Of a stretch of DNA of 64,000 nt, positions 19,742-29,138 are shown in pieces (positions within the stretch are counted from its first letter, which is position 1; every line of letters begins with the position of its first letter). The notes under the pieces are model-generated. The model worked only from the letters and a program-made list of their open reading frames with translations, was not told the origin of the DNA and ran no database searches. The position numbers were made by a program, and so were the translations under genes. Source of the stretch: Myxococcota bacterium (GTDB lineage Bacteria; Myxococcota_A; Polyangia; Nannocystales; Nannocystaceae); contig JBCCHT010000023.1 of NCBI GenBank assembly GCA_039028615.1, positions 64,001 through 128,000 on the forward strand, given 5' to 3'.

Positions 19742-20287
19742 GTGGCTTGGATACGAACACGCAGCGCATCTGCGGCCCTGCTGGCCGTAGTCGTGACATC
19801 ACTCGGGGCATGTGGACCCCGCGCGGCCGAAGAGTGGATGTTCGGCGTGTTCTCGCAGGTCGAAACCGAGTCCGGGCCCAGCCGCTACAACACCGCGATC
19901 TGGACCATCGTGATCCTCGACGACGGCACGGGCTACCAAGAGAAGTACGCAGGGACATGTGAGCCGGCCGACACCCCGAGCTTCACGTGGGAGCGAGAAG
20001 GCGAGGACTCCATCCGGCTTTCGCCCATGCCCGGCGCGGTGGTGGGTCGGAGGATCGAGGGTCGACTCGCCCGAACCGGGCGGTGCTCCGAGTCGGGGCT
20101 CCGAGAGTTCGACTACGTCGCGCTGGCCAATGGCAGCGAGACAGAGGGCTCATCACACGTGTTCTACGAGAGCAACCCGTGCCCCTACTTCGCACCAGTG
20201 CCGGAGTGCGAGCCCAATACCGAGTGCGACGACGTGCTGTGCGGGATCGAGTGGTGTGATGCGCCACCCGAGCCCTGCGTACGATAG
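19742..20287 (+). CDS. Hypothetical lipoprotein with Cys-rich C-terminus
   Basis: GTG start, SLGAC lipobox. Confidence 0.6.
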   Translation: MAWIRTRSASAALLAVVVTSLGACGPRAAEEWMFGVFSQVETESGPSRYNTAIWTIVILDDGTGYQEKYAGTCEPADTPSFTWEREGEDSIRLSPMPGAVVGRRIEGRLARTGRCSESGLREFDYVALANGSETEGSSHVFYESNPCPYFAPVPECEPNTECDDVLCGIEWCDAPPEPCVR

Positions 20288-20406
20288 ACCACGTTCAGCG
20301 CATCTCCGCTGGCGGCCAAGGCGAACAAAACGTGCCGGCCGACGGCCTTGGGCGTGCCCGGGGGCGCTTCTCGATTGCGGCCGGGGTTGCTAGGTTTCGC
20401 CGACCG

Positions 20407-22140
20407 TTGTCCTCTCGACACCCAGAGGCGGGGCCGCAACGCCACGAGCTCGAGCTCAACCGAGTCCCCATCGTCTTCGACATGGAGCGCGGCTCGCTGA
20501 GCTTCTTCGGGCTGTCGTCGGCGCTGTTCTGGACGGACCCCTCGCTGCTCAAGCTGCTGCAGCCGCTGGTCGAGGAGATCGGCCGCGATCTGTTTCGGAT
20601 CTTGGTGGCGCACTCCTCGAGCCACGGCACCGACGAGGACTATCACCAGATGGTGACCTCGCTGGGCGAGAACTTCGAGGAGGGCTTTTTGGCCTGGGGC
20701 TCGGCGGTCTCGGTCGCGGGCTGGGGCCGCTTCGAGCTGCCGGTCTTCGACGCGGAGAACAAGAAGGCCACGGTGGTCATCCACAACCCGTGGGAGCTCG
20801 AGATGCAGCGCAACCTCGAGCCCTCGCAGCAGTGGGGCTGCCCCTTCGCCATGGGCAAGATCATCGGCATCTTCACCCATGCGCTCGGGACCACGTGCTG
20901 GGCCAACGAGGAGCTGCACTTCGACGCCGAGAGCAACCGGGTGAGCTTCTCGGTGTACCCCTCCGACCGAACCATCGCGCAGGAGCTCGCCAAGCTGCGT
21001 CGCATGCGAATGCAGGAGCGGGAGCGGGTCCTCACCGAGCAGGTCGACGGCAAGACGACGGAGCTGCGCGCCGCCCAGCACCGCCTCGAGCGTTACTCCG
21101 AAGAGCTCGAGCAGCGGGTCGACGAGCGCACCCACGAGCTGCGCCAGGCCCAGAGCCGGCTCGTGCAGTCGGAGCGAATCGCGGTGCTCGGCCAGCTCGT
21201 GGCCGGCGTCGCCCACGAGATCAACAACCCGCTGGGGGCGATCAAGGCCTCGGCCGCCAGCGTGCAAGAGGTGCTCGAAGAGTTCCCGCGCGACTGGGTC
21301 CGACTGCAGCAGTGGTGCCGGGCCCCGCAGGAATACGAGCTCGCCACCGCCCTGATGATGGAGGTCAACCGCCCGCGCGAGTTCCTCGACTTTCGCGAGC
21401 GTCGCAAGCTCAAGGCGAAACATCGCTGCACCCTCGAGACGCACGGGGTCGAAGATGCGGCGGCCTTCGCCGACGAGCTGGTGCACCTGGGCATCCACGA
21501 CGACGCCAGCCGCTGGGTGCCCTTGCTGCTGCACCCCCGCTGTGAGGACATCATGGGGGTGATCGGGCGCTACTCCACCATGAGCGCGGGCGTCAGCGAC
21601 ATCTCGGGGGCGGTGCTCCGCGCCTCGAAGATCGTGTTCTCGCTCAGCCGCTACGCCCACCAGGACGCGATGGGCAAGCCCACCCGCGATCGCATCCAGG
21701 ACGGCCTGGAGACGGTCCTCACCCTCTATCACCACCTGCTCAAGCGCGGGATCGAGGTCGAGTGCGACTTCGAGGACCTGCCGCCGTTGCTCGGCTACCA
21801 CGACGAGCTCAACCAGGTCTGGACGAACCTCATCCAGAATGCGGTGCACGCCATGGACGGCGAGGGGCGCCTGCGCCTGGTGCTGCGCGGGACCGAGGAA
21901 CACCAGATCTTCGAGATCCACGACACCGGCTGCGGCCTCACGGACGACGTCCGAGACCGGATCTGCGAGCCCTTCTTCACCACCAAGCCCGCGGGTGAAG
22001 GCACCGGCCTGGGCCTGTCGATCTCCAGCGAGATCGTCTCCCGCCACGGGGGCACCCTGGACGTGAAGAGCACGAAGGGCGAGGGCACCGCCTTCATCAT
22101 CCGCCTGCCCATGGCCTTCCTCGAGGAGAGCGCATCGTGA
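20407..22140 (+). CDS. Cytoplasmic sensor histidine kinase with N-terminal V4R-like domain (start uncertain, 20332-20482)
   Basis: GWGRFE..GCPFAMGKIIGIF (V4R-like); AHEINNPL H-box; NLIQNA, DTGCG, PFFTTK, GTGLGL. Confidence 0.9.
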   Translation: MSSRHPEAGPQRHELELNRVPIVFDMERGSLSFFGLSSALFWTDPSLLKLLQPLVEEIGRDLFRILVAHSSSHGTDEDYHQMVTSLGENFEEGFLAWGSAVSVAGWGRFELPVFDAENKKATVVIHNPWELEMQRNLEPSQQWGCPFAMGKIIGIFTHALGTTCWANEELHFDAESNRVSFSVYPSDRTIAQELAKLRRMRMQERERVLTEQVDGKTTELRAAQHRLERYSEELEQRVDERTHELRQAQSRLVQSERIAVLGQLVAGVAHEINNPLGAIKASAASVQEVLEEFPRDWVRLQQWCRAPQEYELATALMMEVNRPREFLDFRERRKLKAKHRCTLETHGVEDAAAFADELVHLGIHDDASRWVPLLLHPRCEDIMGVIGRYSTMSAGVSDISGAVLRASKIVFSLSRYAHQDAMGKPTRDRIQDGLETVLTLYHHLLKRGIEVECDFEDLPPLLGYHDELNQVWTNLIQNAVHAMDGEGRLRLVLRGTEEHQIFEIHDTGCGLTDDVRDRICEPFFTTKPAGEGTGLGLSISSEIVSRHGGTLDVKSTKGEGTAFIIRLPMAFLEESAS

Positions 22141-22559
22141 GCAAGGAAGCAATCGTGTGCGTGGACGACGAGCCGCTCGTGCTGCGAGCGATGTCTCGGA
22201 TCCTCAGTCGCAAGCTCGGTGAGCGGTACGAGATCGAGATGGCGACCAACGGGGCCGAAGCCCTCGAGCTCATCGAGGAGCTCGACAACGAGCAGACCTC
22301 GCTGCGCATGGTCGTCTCCGACGCGATGATGCCGGTCATGGATGGCTACGAGCTCATCCGGTGGCTGCACGAGAACCGACCTCGGGTGCCGAAGATCATC
22401 GTCACCGGGTATGGGCAGCAGGCCAAGCTCGATCAGCTCCGCGAGGAAGCCGGGCTGCTCGCGAGCTTCGACAAGCCCTGGGAGCCCGACGAGCTCGTCG
22501 CCTTCATCCGGCAGACGCTCGAGGGGCCCGACCCCGACTCGAATACGCCGGCCGACTAG
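22137..22559 (+). CDS. Single-domain response regulator (receiver)
   Basis: VDDE, SDAMMPVMDG, TG, KPW; GTGA overlap with the kinase stop. Confidence 0.9.
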   Translation: MSKEAIVCVDDEPLVLRAMSRILSRKLGERYEIEMATNGAEALELIEELDNEQTSLRMVVSDAMMPVMDGYELIRWLHENRPRVPKIIVTGYGQQAKLDQLREEAGLLASFDKPWEPDELVAFIRQTLEGPDPDSNTPAD

Positions 22560-23304
22560 CGCGCGGGCGACCGCGGGCGAGCACCCACTCGCCGACCGCC
22601 ACGTTGATGATCCAGCCCGCGCACATGCCGATGCCGATCACGAGATCGTCGACCTCGCCGAGCGCGACGAACACGGGGATGAGCAGCCAGCGCTGCGTGG
22701 CGGGAGCGAGCCCGATGGCGAAGGCCCGTACCATCCACATGCGGTGACGGGCGACGTCGCCACGCCGAATGGCCAGCACCGCGAGCACGAGCGAGAGCAC
22801 CATGGCCACGCCGAAGACGTGGGTCGACACGTACTTGAGCATGCCGCCCACGTTGGGGAGCACCGCGTTCATCCACACTCCGCCCAGGCCCATCACGAGG
22901 CCGGCCGCGACGAAGACTCGCCCCGCGACGCGGTGCCAGGCGGGAAAACGACGGCGAAAAGACGCGCTGAACTGCAGCGGTCCCAGAGCGACGAACACGA
23001 TGCCGAGCACCATGTGCGACCCGGCCACGAGCGCGTGATCGAGATAGTGCGCGCCGTCGTAGTCGTCGGGCACGGGCTGCCCTGCGAGACCCTGCCCGAT
23101 GAACACCAGGCGCGCGATGGCGGTGAGCACCGCGATGCTGCCCACCGCCCACAGCGTCGCGGGAGCCCGCCACGCTCGAGGTGGAGGGGGAGCGGAGGCC
23201 GGGTCGAGCAGAGGCATGGCCGACGAGGTGGCAGACGGAGGCGGAACGACGGGGGTGGGACGTGAGCTCATGGCGATGACTCCAACGCGCACGGGCGCGC
23301 GCAT
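22504..23304 (-). CDS. DUF2306-like membrane protein (start uncertain)
   Basis: GPLQF..RRRFPAWHRVAGR, AIRRGDVARHRMWMVRAF; several TMs. Confidence 0.78.
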   Translation of the reverse strand: MRAPVRVGVIAMSSRPTPVVPPPSATSSAMPLLDPASAPPPPRAWRAPATLWAVGSIAVLTAIARLVFIGQGLAGQPVPDDYDGAHYLDHALVAGSHMVLGIVFVALGPLQFSASFRRRFPAWHRVAGRVFVAAGLVMGLGGVWMNAVLPNVGGMLKYVSTHVFGVAMVLSLVLAVLAIRRGDVARHRMWMVRAFAIGLAPATQRWLLIPVFVALGEVDDLVIGIGMCAGWIINVAVGEWVLARGRPRASRPAYSSRGRAPRASAG

Positions 23305-23371
23305 GCATGGCGCCGACGCGGATGCGCCGACGAACGAAGAACCGAAGAGCGAGCGAGCCGAGGCCGCGGGC

Positions 23372-23593
23372 TCACTCGTCGTGCGGATACCGGAAGACGT
23401 CGTCGAGCGTCACGCCGAAGACACGCGCGATCCGAAAGGCCATCTCCAGCGAGGGCGAGTAGCGACCCCGTTCGATGGCGATGATCGTCTGCCGGGTGAC
23501 ACCGAGCCGATCGGCGAGTTGAGCCTGGGTCATTTCACCGTGGGCAAAGCGCAACGCCCGAATCTGGTTTTCGACCTTGGTCGGCTTCACCAC
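23372..23593 (-). CDS. XRE/Cro-CI family HTH regulator
   Basis: MTQAQLADRLGVTRQTIIAIERGRYSPSLEMAFRIARVF. Confidence 0.93.
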   Translation of the reverse strand: MVKPTKVENQIRALRFAHGEMTQAQLADRLGVTRQTIIAIERGRYSPSLEMAFRIARVFGVTLDDVFRYPHDE

Positions 23594-24015
23594 GGCGCCA
23601 CCCCCCGGCGATAGGCAACGAGTTTAGCCACCGTGCCGACAACAGAAGCCACCACCAAGTTCAGGTACAGCGCATTGGCGATCCAGAAGTGAGCCACCTC
23701 GATCATCGCCAACACCAATGGCCCGAGCACGCCGAGCGACAGCACCCATAAGGCGATCGCATCGCCGTGACGACTGATGACCTCGTCGCGCTCATCGGTC
23801 CGATCGGCCTCGCGGGGGTTGGCCATCGACGCGATCACCGCCCCTACCACCGTGAGCACCACCGACGCCACGAAGCTGGTGACGAGGGGGCCGACATACG
23901 CCGTCTCGGCCAGCGGAGCGTCGCCCGCACGCACGAAAACCACAATGATGTAGGTCAAGTAGCTGATCGTCAGACAGGCGCTGAAGATCCAGGCGGTCTT
24001 CTCGAGGACGGACAT
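23587..24015 (-). CDS. 4-TM membrane protein coupled to the XRE regulator (DUF2178-like)
   Basis: DERD motif between TM helices; overlaps the XRE start. Confidence 0.75.
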   Translation of the reverse strand: MSVLEKTAWIFSACLTISYLTYIIVVFVRAGDAPLAETAYVGPLVTSFVASVVLTVVGAVIASMANPREADRTDERDEVISRHGDAIALWVLSLGVLGPLVLAMIEVAHFWIANALYLNLVVASVVGTVAKLVAYRRGVAPW

Positions 24016-24024
24016 GAGGCTCCG

Positions 24025-24091
24025 ATGTCAATGATGTTTGACATGAGTCGATGTAAAGCACAAGCGACTTCATGTCAAAGATATTAAACAT
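24025..24091. promoter_or_regulatory. Array of 20-bp palindromic operators with sigma70 promoter elements
   Basis: ATGTCAATGATGTTTGACAT (24025), degenerate ATGTAAAGCACAAGCGACTT (24051), ATGTCAAAGATATTAAACAT (24072); TTGACA on the minus strand. Confidence 0.7.
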
Positions 24092-24438
24092 CTACGCGTC
24101 AATCACGCAGTCCCGCACACCCAACACCGGGTCGTGGTGTCGCACAGTTCGGCACCTGCGCGGGGCGGTGGCGGACGTCGAACCGCGGCGAAAAAGCATT
24201 GGTGCACCTCCTGCTCGTGTGACCAAAGCCGTGCCCAAACTGCACTGATCCGTTCGTCCATCGTGCGGACCTGGAACAGCGATGAAGCACGTCGTTCGAC
24301 TCTCGCCACAATTGGTCGAAACCGAACCTCTTCGATCGCTTCGACGCACGACACGAGCTGACCCAACGTCATTGCGACGACCACTCGGGCCTGCTGGCGA
24401 ACGCTTTGCGCCGTGGTAGCGTTTTGCACCGAACTTCG

Positions 24439-25434
24439 ATGTGGAGCCTCGCCAATCGGACCCCACTTGCGGTCGAACGCAATTGGATTCGCGACAAAGA
24501 CGGTGTGCACTGGTGGGTCGTGGCGATCCGAGCGACCTACGACGTGGACGCCCAGGGCAAGCTCGAGCTCGCCGAGGAGCAGCTCCCGCCGCTGCTGGCT
24601 CCCGAGTACTTCGGTGACGCCGGACAATCCAGCCTACGGCAAGACTCCGATCTCCTCGAGGCGAAGCCGGGCACCGACGTGCTCGTGCACGGCAGCGCGA
24701 TCGCTCCCCGTGGTCGTCCGGCGGAGAGCGTGCTCGTCAACCTCCGGCTCGGGCCGATCGACAAGCGCATCGTCGTCTTCGGCGACCGCGTCTACTACGA
24801 AGGCGCGCTGGGACAGAGCACCACGTCTCCCAAGCCCTTCGTCGACAAGGCCATCCGCTACGAGTCCGCGTTTGGCGGCGGCGACGTCAGCGATCCCGAC
24901 CCGGCGAAGTGGACGCTCGACGAGCGCAACCCGGTGGGGCTCGGGTTCGGGACCACCCAGGCCAACACCCCGGCGCACTCCATCGAGTACGCCTCGGGGC
25001 GCCCGAACGCCGCGGGCCCGGCCGGCTTCGGCCCCATCGATCGCGGGTGGCTCCCGCGGCGCACGTTGGCCGGCACCTACGACGCCGCGTGGGTCGAAGG
25101 CCGCAAGCCTCTGCTCCCCGCCGACTACGACCCGGCCTTCGCCCTGTCGGCGCCCGCCGATCAGCGCACGCCCGTGCCGCTGCAGGGTGGCGAGCGCATG
25201 GCGGTGTCGAACATGACGCCCGAGAGCATGCTGGTAGTGGAGCTGCCCCGAAAGCAGTTCGCCCTGAGCACTCGCTTCGGAGCCAAGGAGCAGCCGCACG
25301 CCGCCAAGATGACCACCGTGCTGCTCGAGACCGACGAGCGGCGGCTGTCGCTGGTGTGGCAGAGCTCGCTGAGAGTCCGAGCCCCCGAGGTCGACCATCT
25401 CGACGAGACCACCATCGAGGAGCTGCCCGCATGA
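24439..25434 (+). CDS. DUF2169 T6SS/PAAR adaptor
   Basis: KPGTDVLVHG, VFGDR, YESAFGG, RNPVGLG, PAGFGPI..WLPRR..AGTYD..W, APADQ. Confidence 0.9.
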   Translation: MWSLANRTPLAVERNWIRDKDGVHWWVVAIRATYDVDAQGKLELAEEQLPPLLAPEYFGDAGQSSLRQDSDLLEAKPGTDVLVHGSAIAPRGRPAESVLVNLRLGPIDKRIVVFGDRVYYEGALGQSTTSPKPFVDKAIRYESAFGGGDVSDPDPAKWTLDERNPVGLGFGTTQANTPAHSIEYASGRPNAAGPAGFGPIDRGWLPRRTLAGTYDAAWVEGRKPLLPADYDPAFALSAPADQRTPVPLQGGERMAVSNMTPESMLVVELPRKQFALSTRFGAKEQPHAAKMTTVLLETDERRLSLVWQSSLRVRAPEVDHLDETTIEELPA

Positions 25435-26468
25435 TCGAAGTGGTCGGTATCGGAGCCCGCACCCCGGTTGGACTGACGGCGGCCACCAGCGCGGCCGCGA
25501 TCCGAGCCGGTGTGGCTCGTCTGCGCGAGTTCTCGTTCGTCTCCCTCGAGGGCCAGCCGATCGTGGTCGGAGCCGATGCGCTGCTGCCGGACTCGCTGCA
25601 GGGCGCAGAGCGCATGCTCGCCCTGGTCGAGGCGCCGCTGCAGGACGCGCTCGACGGCGTGAACCCCAAGGCCGTGCCCGCATGCAAGGTGTGGCTGTCC
25701 CTGCCCGAGGCTCGCCCCGGTTTCTCGGACGAAGACGCGACGAGGCTGGGCCAACACATCGTGCTTCGCATCCAGAAGCTCGGCTTTCGCTGCGATGCCG
25801 CCATCGGCGGTCGCGGTCACGCCGGGGTGATGGGCTGCGTACGCTCGGCGATCGCCACTCCGAACGACGAGGTCCTGCACATCGTGGTCGGCGTGGACAG
25901 CCACTGCGACGACGAGTGCCTGGTGTGGCTCGAGCGCGAGCGCTTGCTGGCCCAAGAAGGCACGCGCGGCGGCTTCACGCCGGGCGAGGCGGCGGGCGTC
26001 ATCGTGCTCGCCCATCGGCGGCTCGGAGAACGACTCGGACGCAAGAGCCTGGCCACGATCTCCGGCGCGGGCCTGCAGGTCGAGACCCGCCTTCGCGACT
26101 CGGACGCTGGCTCCTTCGGAGAAGCGATGAGCCGCGCGGTGCAAGAGGCGGGGCGCAAGCTCAGCCTCCCCGCCCAGGCGGCCGACGACGTCTACTGCGA
26201 CATCAACGGTGATCGGTACCGCAGCGAAGAATGGGGATTCTTCGCGATGCGCTCGTACTCGGCCGTGGCCTCCTTGGGCTACGAAACGCCGTGCCCGAGC
26301 GTCGGTGACATCGGGGCATCGTTCGGCGCCGTCGCGGCGGCGATGGCCACGAACGCGTTCGAGCGGGGCTACGCCCGGGGCCCCCGCGCCCTGGTGATGG
26401 CCGGATCCAACGCGGGCCATCGCGGCGCGATGTTCCTGCACGAACCACAGAGCAAGGCGAGAGCATGA
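25431..26468 (+). CDS. Thiolase/ketoacyl-synthase-like accessory protein, probably non-catalytic
   Basis: GARTPVGL..AAIRAG, VGVDS, PGEAAG, DINGDRYRSEEWG, GDIGA; typical neighbour of DUF2169; ATGA coupling. Confidence 0.85.
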   Translation: MIEVVGIGARTPVGLTAATSAAAIRAGVARLREFSFVSLEGQPIVVGADALLPDSLQGAERMLALVEAPLQDALDGVNPKAVPACKVWLSLPEARPGFSDEDATRLGQHIVLRIQKLGFRCDAAIGGRGHAGVMGCVRSAIATPNDEVLHIVVGVDSHCDDECLVWLERERLLAQEGTRGGFTPGEAAGVIVLAHRRLGERLGRKSLATISGAGLQVETRLRDSDAGSFGEAMSRAVQEAGRKLSLPAQAADDVYCDINGDRYRSEEWGFFAMRSYSAVASLGYETPCPSVGDIGASFGAVAAAMATNAFERGYARGPRALVMAGSNAGHRGAMFLHEPQSKARA

Positions 26469-27790
26469 AGACCTACGTCAACCCACCGAAGACGCCCGTC
26501 ACCAAGGGCAGCATGGGGATCGCGGCCGCGACGATCCCCAACGTGTGCAAGATGCCGGGTCCGCCCGCTCCCTTCGTCCCCGTGCCCCTGCCCAACATCG
26601 GCAAGAGCGGCGACTCTCCCAAGGGCTACACCAAGAAGGTCAAGGTCGAGGGCAAGAACGTCGCGATCAAGGGCGCGACCTTCAAGTCGATGGGCGACGT
26701 GGCCAGCAAGGGCACGGGCGGCGGCCTCGTCTCCGCCAACACCCACGGCCCCACCAAGTTCGTCGGCCCCGGCTCGCTCGACACCAAGTTCGAAGGCAAG
26801 AACGTGCAGCTGCTGGGCGACCCCATGCTCAACAACTGTGGCGGCAGCGGCAGCCCTCCCAACTCGGCCACCCTGGTCGGCGTGCTGCAGTCTGCGGGGC
26901 TCACCGCGGTCGCGGGCGACGAGCCCTGCCCGCTGTGCAACAAGCAGCACGGCACCGACAGCAAGCTCGAGGAGGACGAGGACACCAAGGGGGCGTGCAG
27001 CACCCTCAAAGCCGCCATCGACACCACCATCGCCCAAGCCCGGGCCGCCAACGCGGCGCGCCTGGCCGCAGTCGAAGCGGAGATCGCCAACGAGAAGATC
27101 GTCAAGGCGTCCAAGCCCCGCAAACAGCGGGGCCCGCACACCGAGAAGATCAACGCGCTCGAGAAGGAAAAACGCGGCCTGGCGGTGAACCTCACCGGCA
27201 TGATGGGCGTGGTCAAGTGCAAGGACCACGGCTACATCTTCGCGGGCATGTCGCTGTTTCAATACACGGACCTGCAGGCCAACATGCCGGGCGGTTGGCA
27301 CTCGCCCAAGGCCTACGGAACCCTGAAAAAGAAGCCCGATCGCGACACCTTCGACAACAAGATGTCGAGCTACTTCGCGTACGGCAAGGGCTCGGTCGGC
27401 TCGTTCGCGGCCGAATGGGCCAAGCTGGAAGTGAAGTCGGAAGATTCGCTCAACAATCGAACCGACGAGGTCTACTACCCACCCGGAAGCTGCGCCGCCC
27501 AGCAGATGGTGCTGCTGTGCATGGACCACGGCGACCGCCCCATGGGGCTGACCGAGCGCTACTACACCACCAACCCTTCGGCGCCTCCGCTGTCGAAGCT
27601 GTGGATCCGCAAGCCGGGCAAGCACGGCCCCAAGCGTGCCCGCTTGGCCACGCCCGAAGAGCTCGGGCCCGGCAAGCCCATCCCGCCCTGCGGCACCTGT
27701 CAGGTCATTCTCACCATGATGATGTGCAATGACGACGACTGGAAGTGCGACCACAAGAAGCCGAAGGACGGCGTGTGTCACAAGTGCTAG
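26465..27790 (+). CDS. PAAR-like (DUF4150) protein with C-terminal putative toxin domain
   Basis: PNVCKMPGPPAPFVPVPLPN, VKVEG, KFEGKNVQLLGD; CPLCNKQH linker; C-terminal CAAQ..PCGTC. Confidence 0.85.
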   Translation: MKTYVNPPKTPVTKGSMGIAAATIPNVCKMPGPPAPFVPVPLPNIGKSGDSPKGYTKKVKVEGKNVAIKGATFKSMGDVASKGTGGGLVSANTHGPTKFVGPGSLDTKFEGKNVQLLGDPMLNNCGGSGSPPNSATLVGVLQSAGLTAVAGDEPCPLCNKQHGTDSKLEEDEDTKGACSTLKAAIDTTIAQARAANAARLAAVEAEIANEKIVKASKPRKQRGPHTEKINALEKEKRGLAVNLTGMMGVVKCKDHGYIFAGMSLFQYTDLQANMPGGWHSPKAYGTLKKKPDRDTFDNKMSSYFAYGKGSVGSFAAEWAKLEVKSEDSLNNRTDEVYYPPGSCAAQQMVLLCMDHGDRPMGLTERYYTTNPSAPPLSKLWIRKPGKHGPKRARLATPEELGPGKPIPPCGTCQVILTMMMCNDDDWKCDHKKPKDGVCHKC

Positions 27791-28536
27791 AGCCCGAACT
27801 CGAGGCCCTGCTGCTGCGGCTGGTGCCCAACCTCGAAAAGGAATGGGCCCCCGCACCGCAGGAGATCCTCGAGGAACTCGAAGATCGGGTGGAGCTGACG
27901 GGGCACGACTTCCCGCAGTGCCACCAGTGGTTCATGTCGAAGATGGGCGGTAGCGTGGGTGCGCTCGAGCCTTCGCTCGGCGGATTCACGGCGGCGAAGG
28001 TGCTCGAAGCCTACGAGAGCGCTACCGTCGATCTGGGCCCCAAGCAGTTCCTCATCGGTCGCATGCCCGATCCGCTGATGCCGCTCGACGTCTTCTACGA
28101 CTTCGAGCACCCGGTCCGCGACGACGCGTTGGTGTGTCGAGCCGTGGTCGAGGCGGGCCCCGTCGTGAAGATGATCGAGACCTTCCGCGAGTACATCGCG
28201 GTACAGGCTCTGATGAACCATAGGGTGATGACCGCCCCCCAGCGCTGCTTCGGAGCATTCGTCACTTCGAGCAGTGGCATGGGCGAAAAGCTCGACGAGG
28301 TCATGGGCACGCTCGGCTTCACCACGCCGGTCGCCACCGGCTCGTATTGCGGGCTCTACGAGACCGAGGACATGACGATGGTTGCCCGGGCCACCATCAC
28401 CCCGGAGAACGAAGGCATTCGCGTGTTCCACGTCAGTGGCCCCAGCGTCACCGCCATTCGTCGGCTACTCGGCGAGATTGCGACCGCCACGACGTTCCAG
28501 GTCGACGCCGACGAATGGACCCCCGCGGCGAGCTAG
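27775..28536 (+). CDS. Putative immunity protein, SUKH/SMI1-KNR4-like N-terminus
   Basis: EILEELEDRVELTGHDFPQCHQWFMSKMGG; overlaps the toxin 3' end; GTG start inferred. Confidence 0.65.
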   Translation: MSQVLEPELEALLLRLVPNLEKEWAPAPQEILEELEDRVELTGHDFPQCHQWFMSKMGGSVGALEPSLGGFTAAKVLEAYESATVDLGPKQFLIGRMPDPLMPLDVFYDFEHPVRDDALVCRAVVEAGPVVKMIETFREYIAVQALMNHRVMTAPQRCFGAFVTSSSGMGEKLDEVMGTLGFTTPVATGSYCGLYETEDMTMVARATITPENEGIRVFHVSGPSVTAIRRLLGEIATATTFQVDADEWTPAAS

Positions 28537-28610
28537 CGCCCTTGTCCACCTCCGACGAGCTGGCAGCCGGCTGAAGCTCCCTCTTCGCCGGCCACCCGCG
28601 TCGCCCGCTC

Positions 28611-29138
28611 TCACTTTTCGGGCGACAGCTTCGCGATGTCCTCGCAGCTCGCCGAGCGCAGCACCATCACGGTAGCCCCGCTCGTGCGCTTTTCGGGGAT
28701 CTCCGCCATCGACGTGTAGTGGCCCGCCGTCAGCGGGAACGCGTCGTCGGCCGAGGCCGTCCGGACCAGTCGGGGCGCACGCTTGCCACCACCGATGTCG
28801 TAGTGACTGAGGGTGACGTCGAGGGTCGCGTAGCACTGGGTGGACAGCACGGGGACCACGGTCGTCTTGCGCTCGGTGATCTCGAAGCTGCGCTCGAGCT
28901 TGGCGGGGGAGAGCACCTCGATGGTGTGCGACCCCACCCCCAGCTCGGCCTCGTGGCGCCCCTTGGCGGAGATCTCGATCGGAGGACCGCCGTCGATCGA
29001 CAGCTTCACCGGCTCCCCCGGACCGAGGAGCACCACATCGCCCACGGGAGGGAGGTTGGAGAAGTAGAAGTACGCCCCGCCCATGCCCAGCACGAACACC
29101 GCGAGCAGGCTCCACAAGATCGCCTTGACGATCTTCAT
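28611..29138 (-). CDS. Membrane-anchored hypothetical protein
   Basis: N-terminal TM; small beta-rich (PEGA-like) segment. Confidence 0.6.
   Translation of the reverse strand: MKIVKAILWSLLAVFVLGMGGAYFYFSNLPPVGDVVLLGPGEPVKLSIDGGPPIEISAKGRHEAELGVGSHTIEVLSPAKLERSFEITERKTTVVPVLSTQCYATLDVTLSHYDIGGGKRAPRLVRTASADDAFPLTAGHYTSMAEIPEKRTSGATVMVLRSASCEDIAKLSPEK

Noticed and set aside
25431..26468. Fatty acid or polyketide biosynthetic gene
   Set aside because: No evident catalytic Cys, no ACP or AT neighbours, and it sits in a DUF2169/PAAR context.
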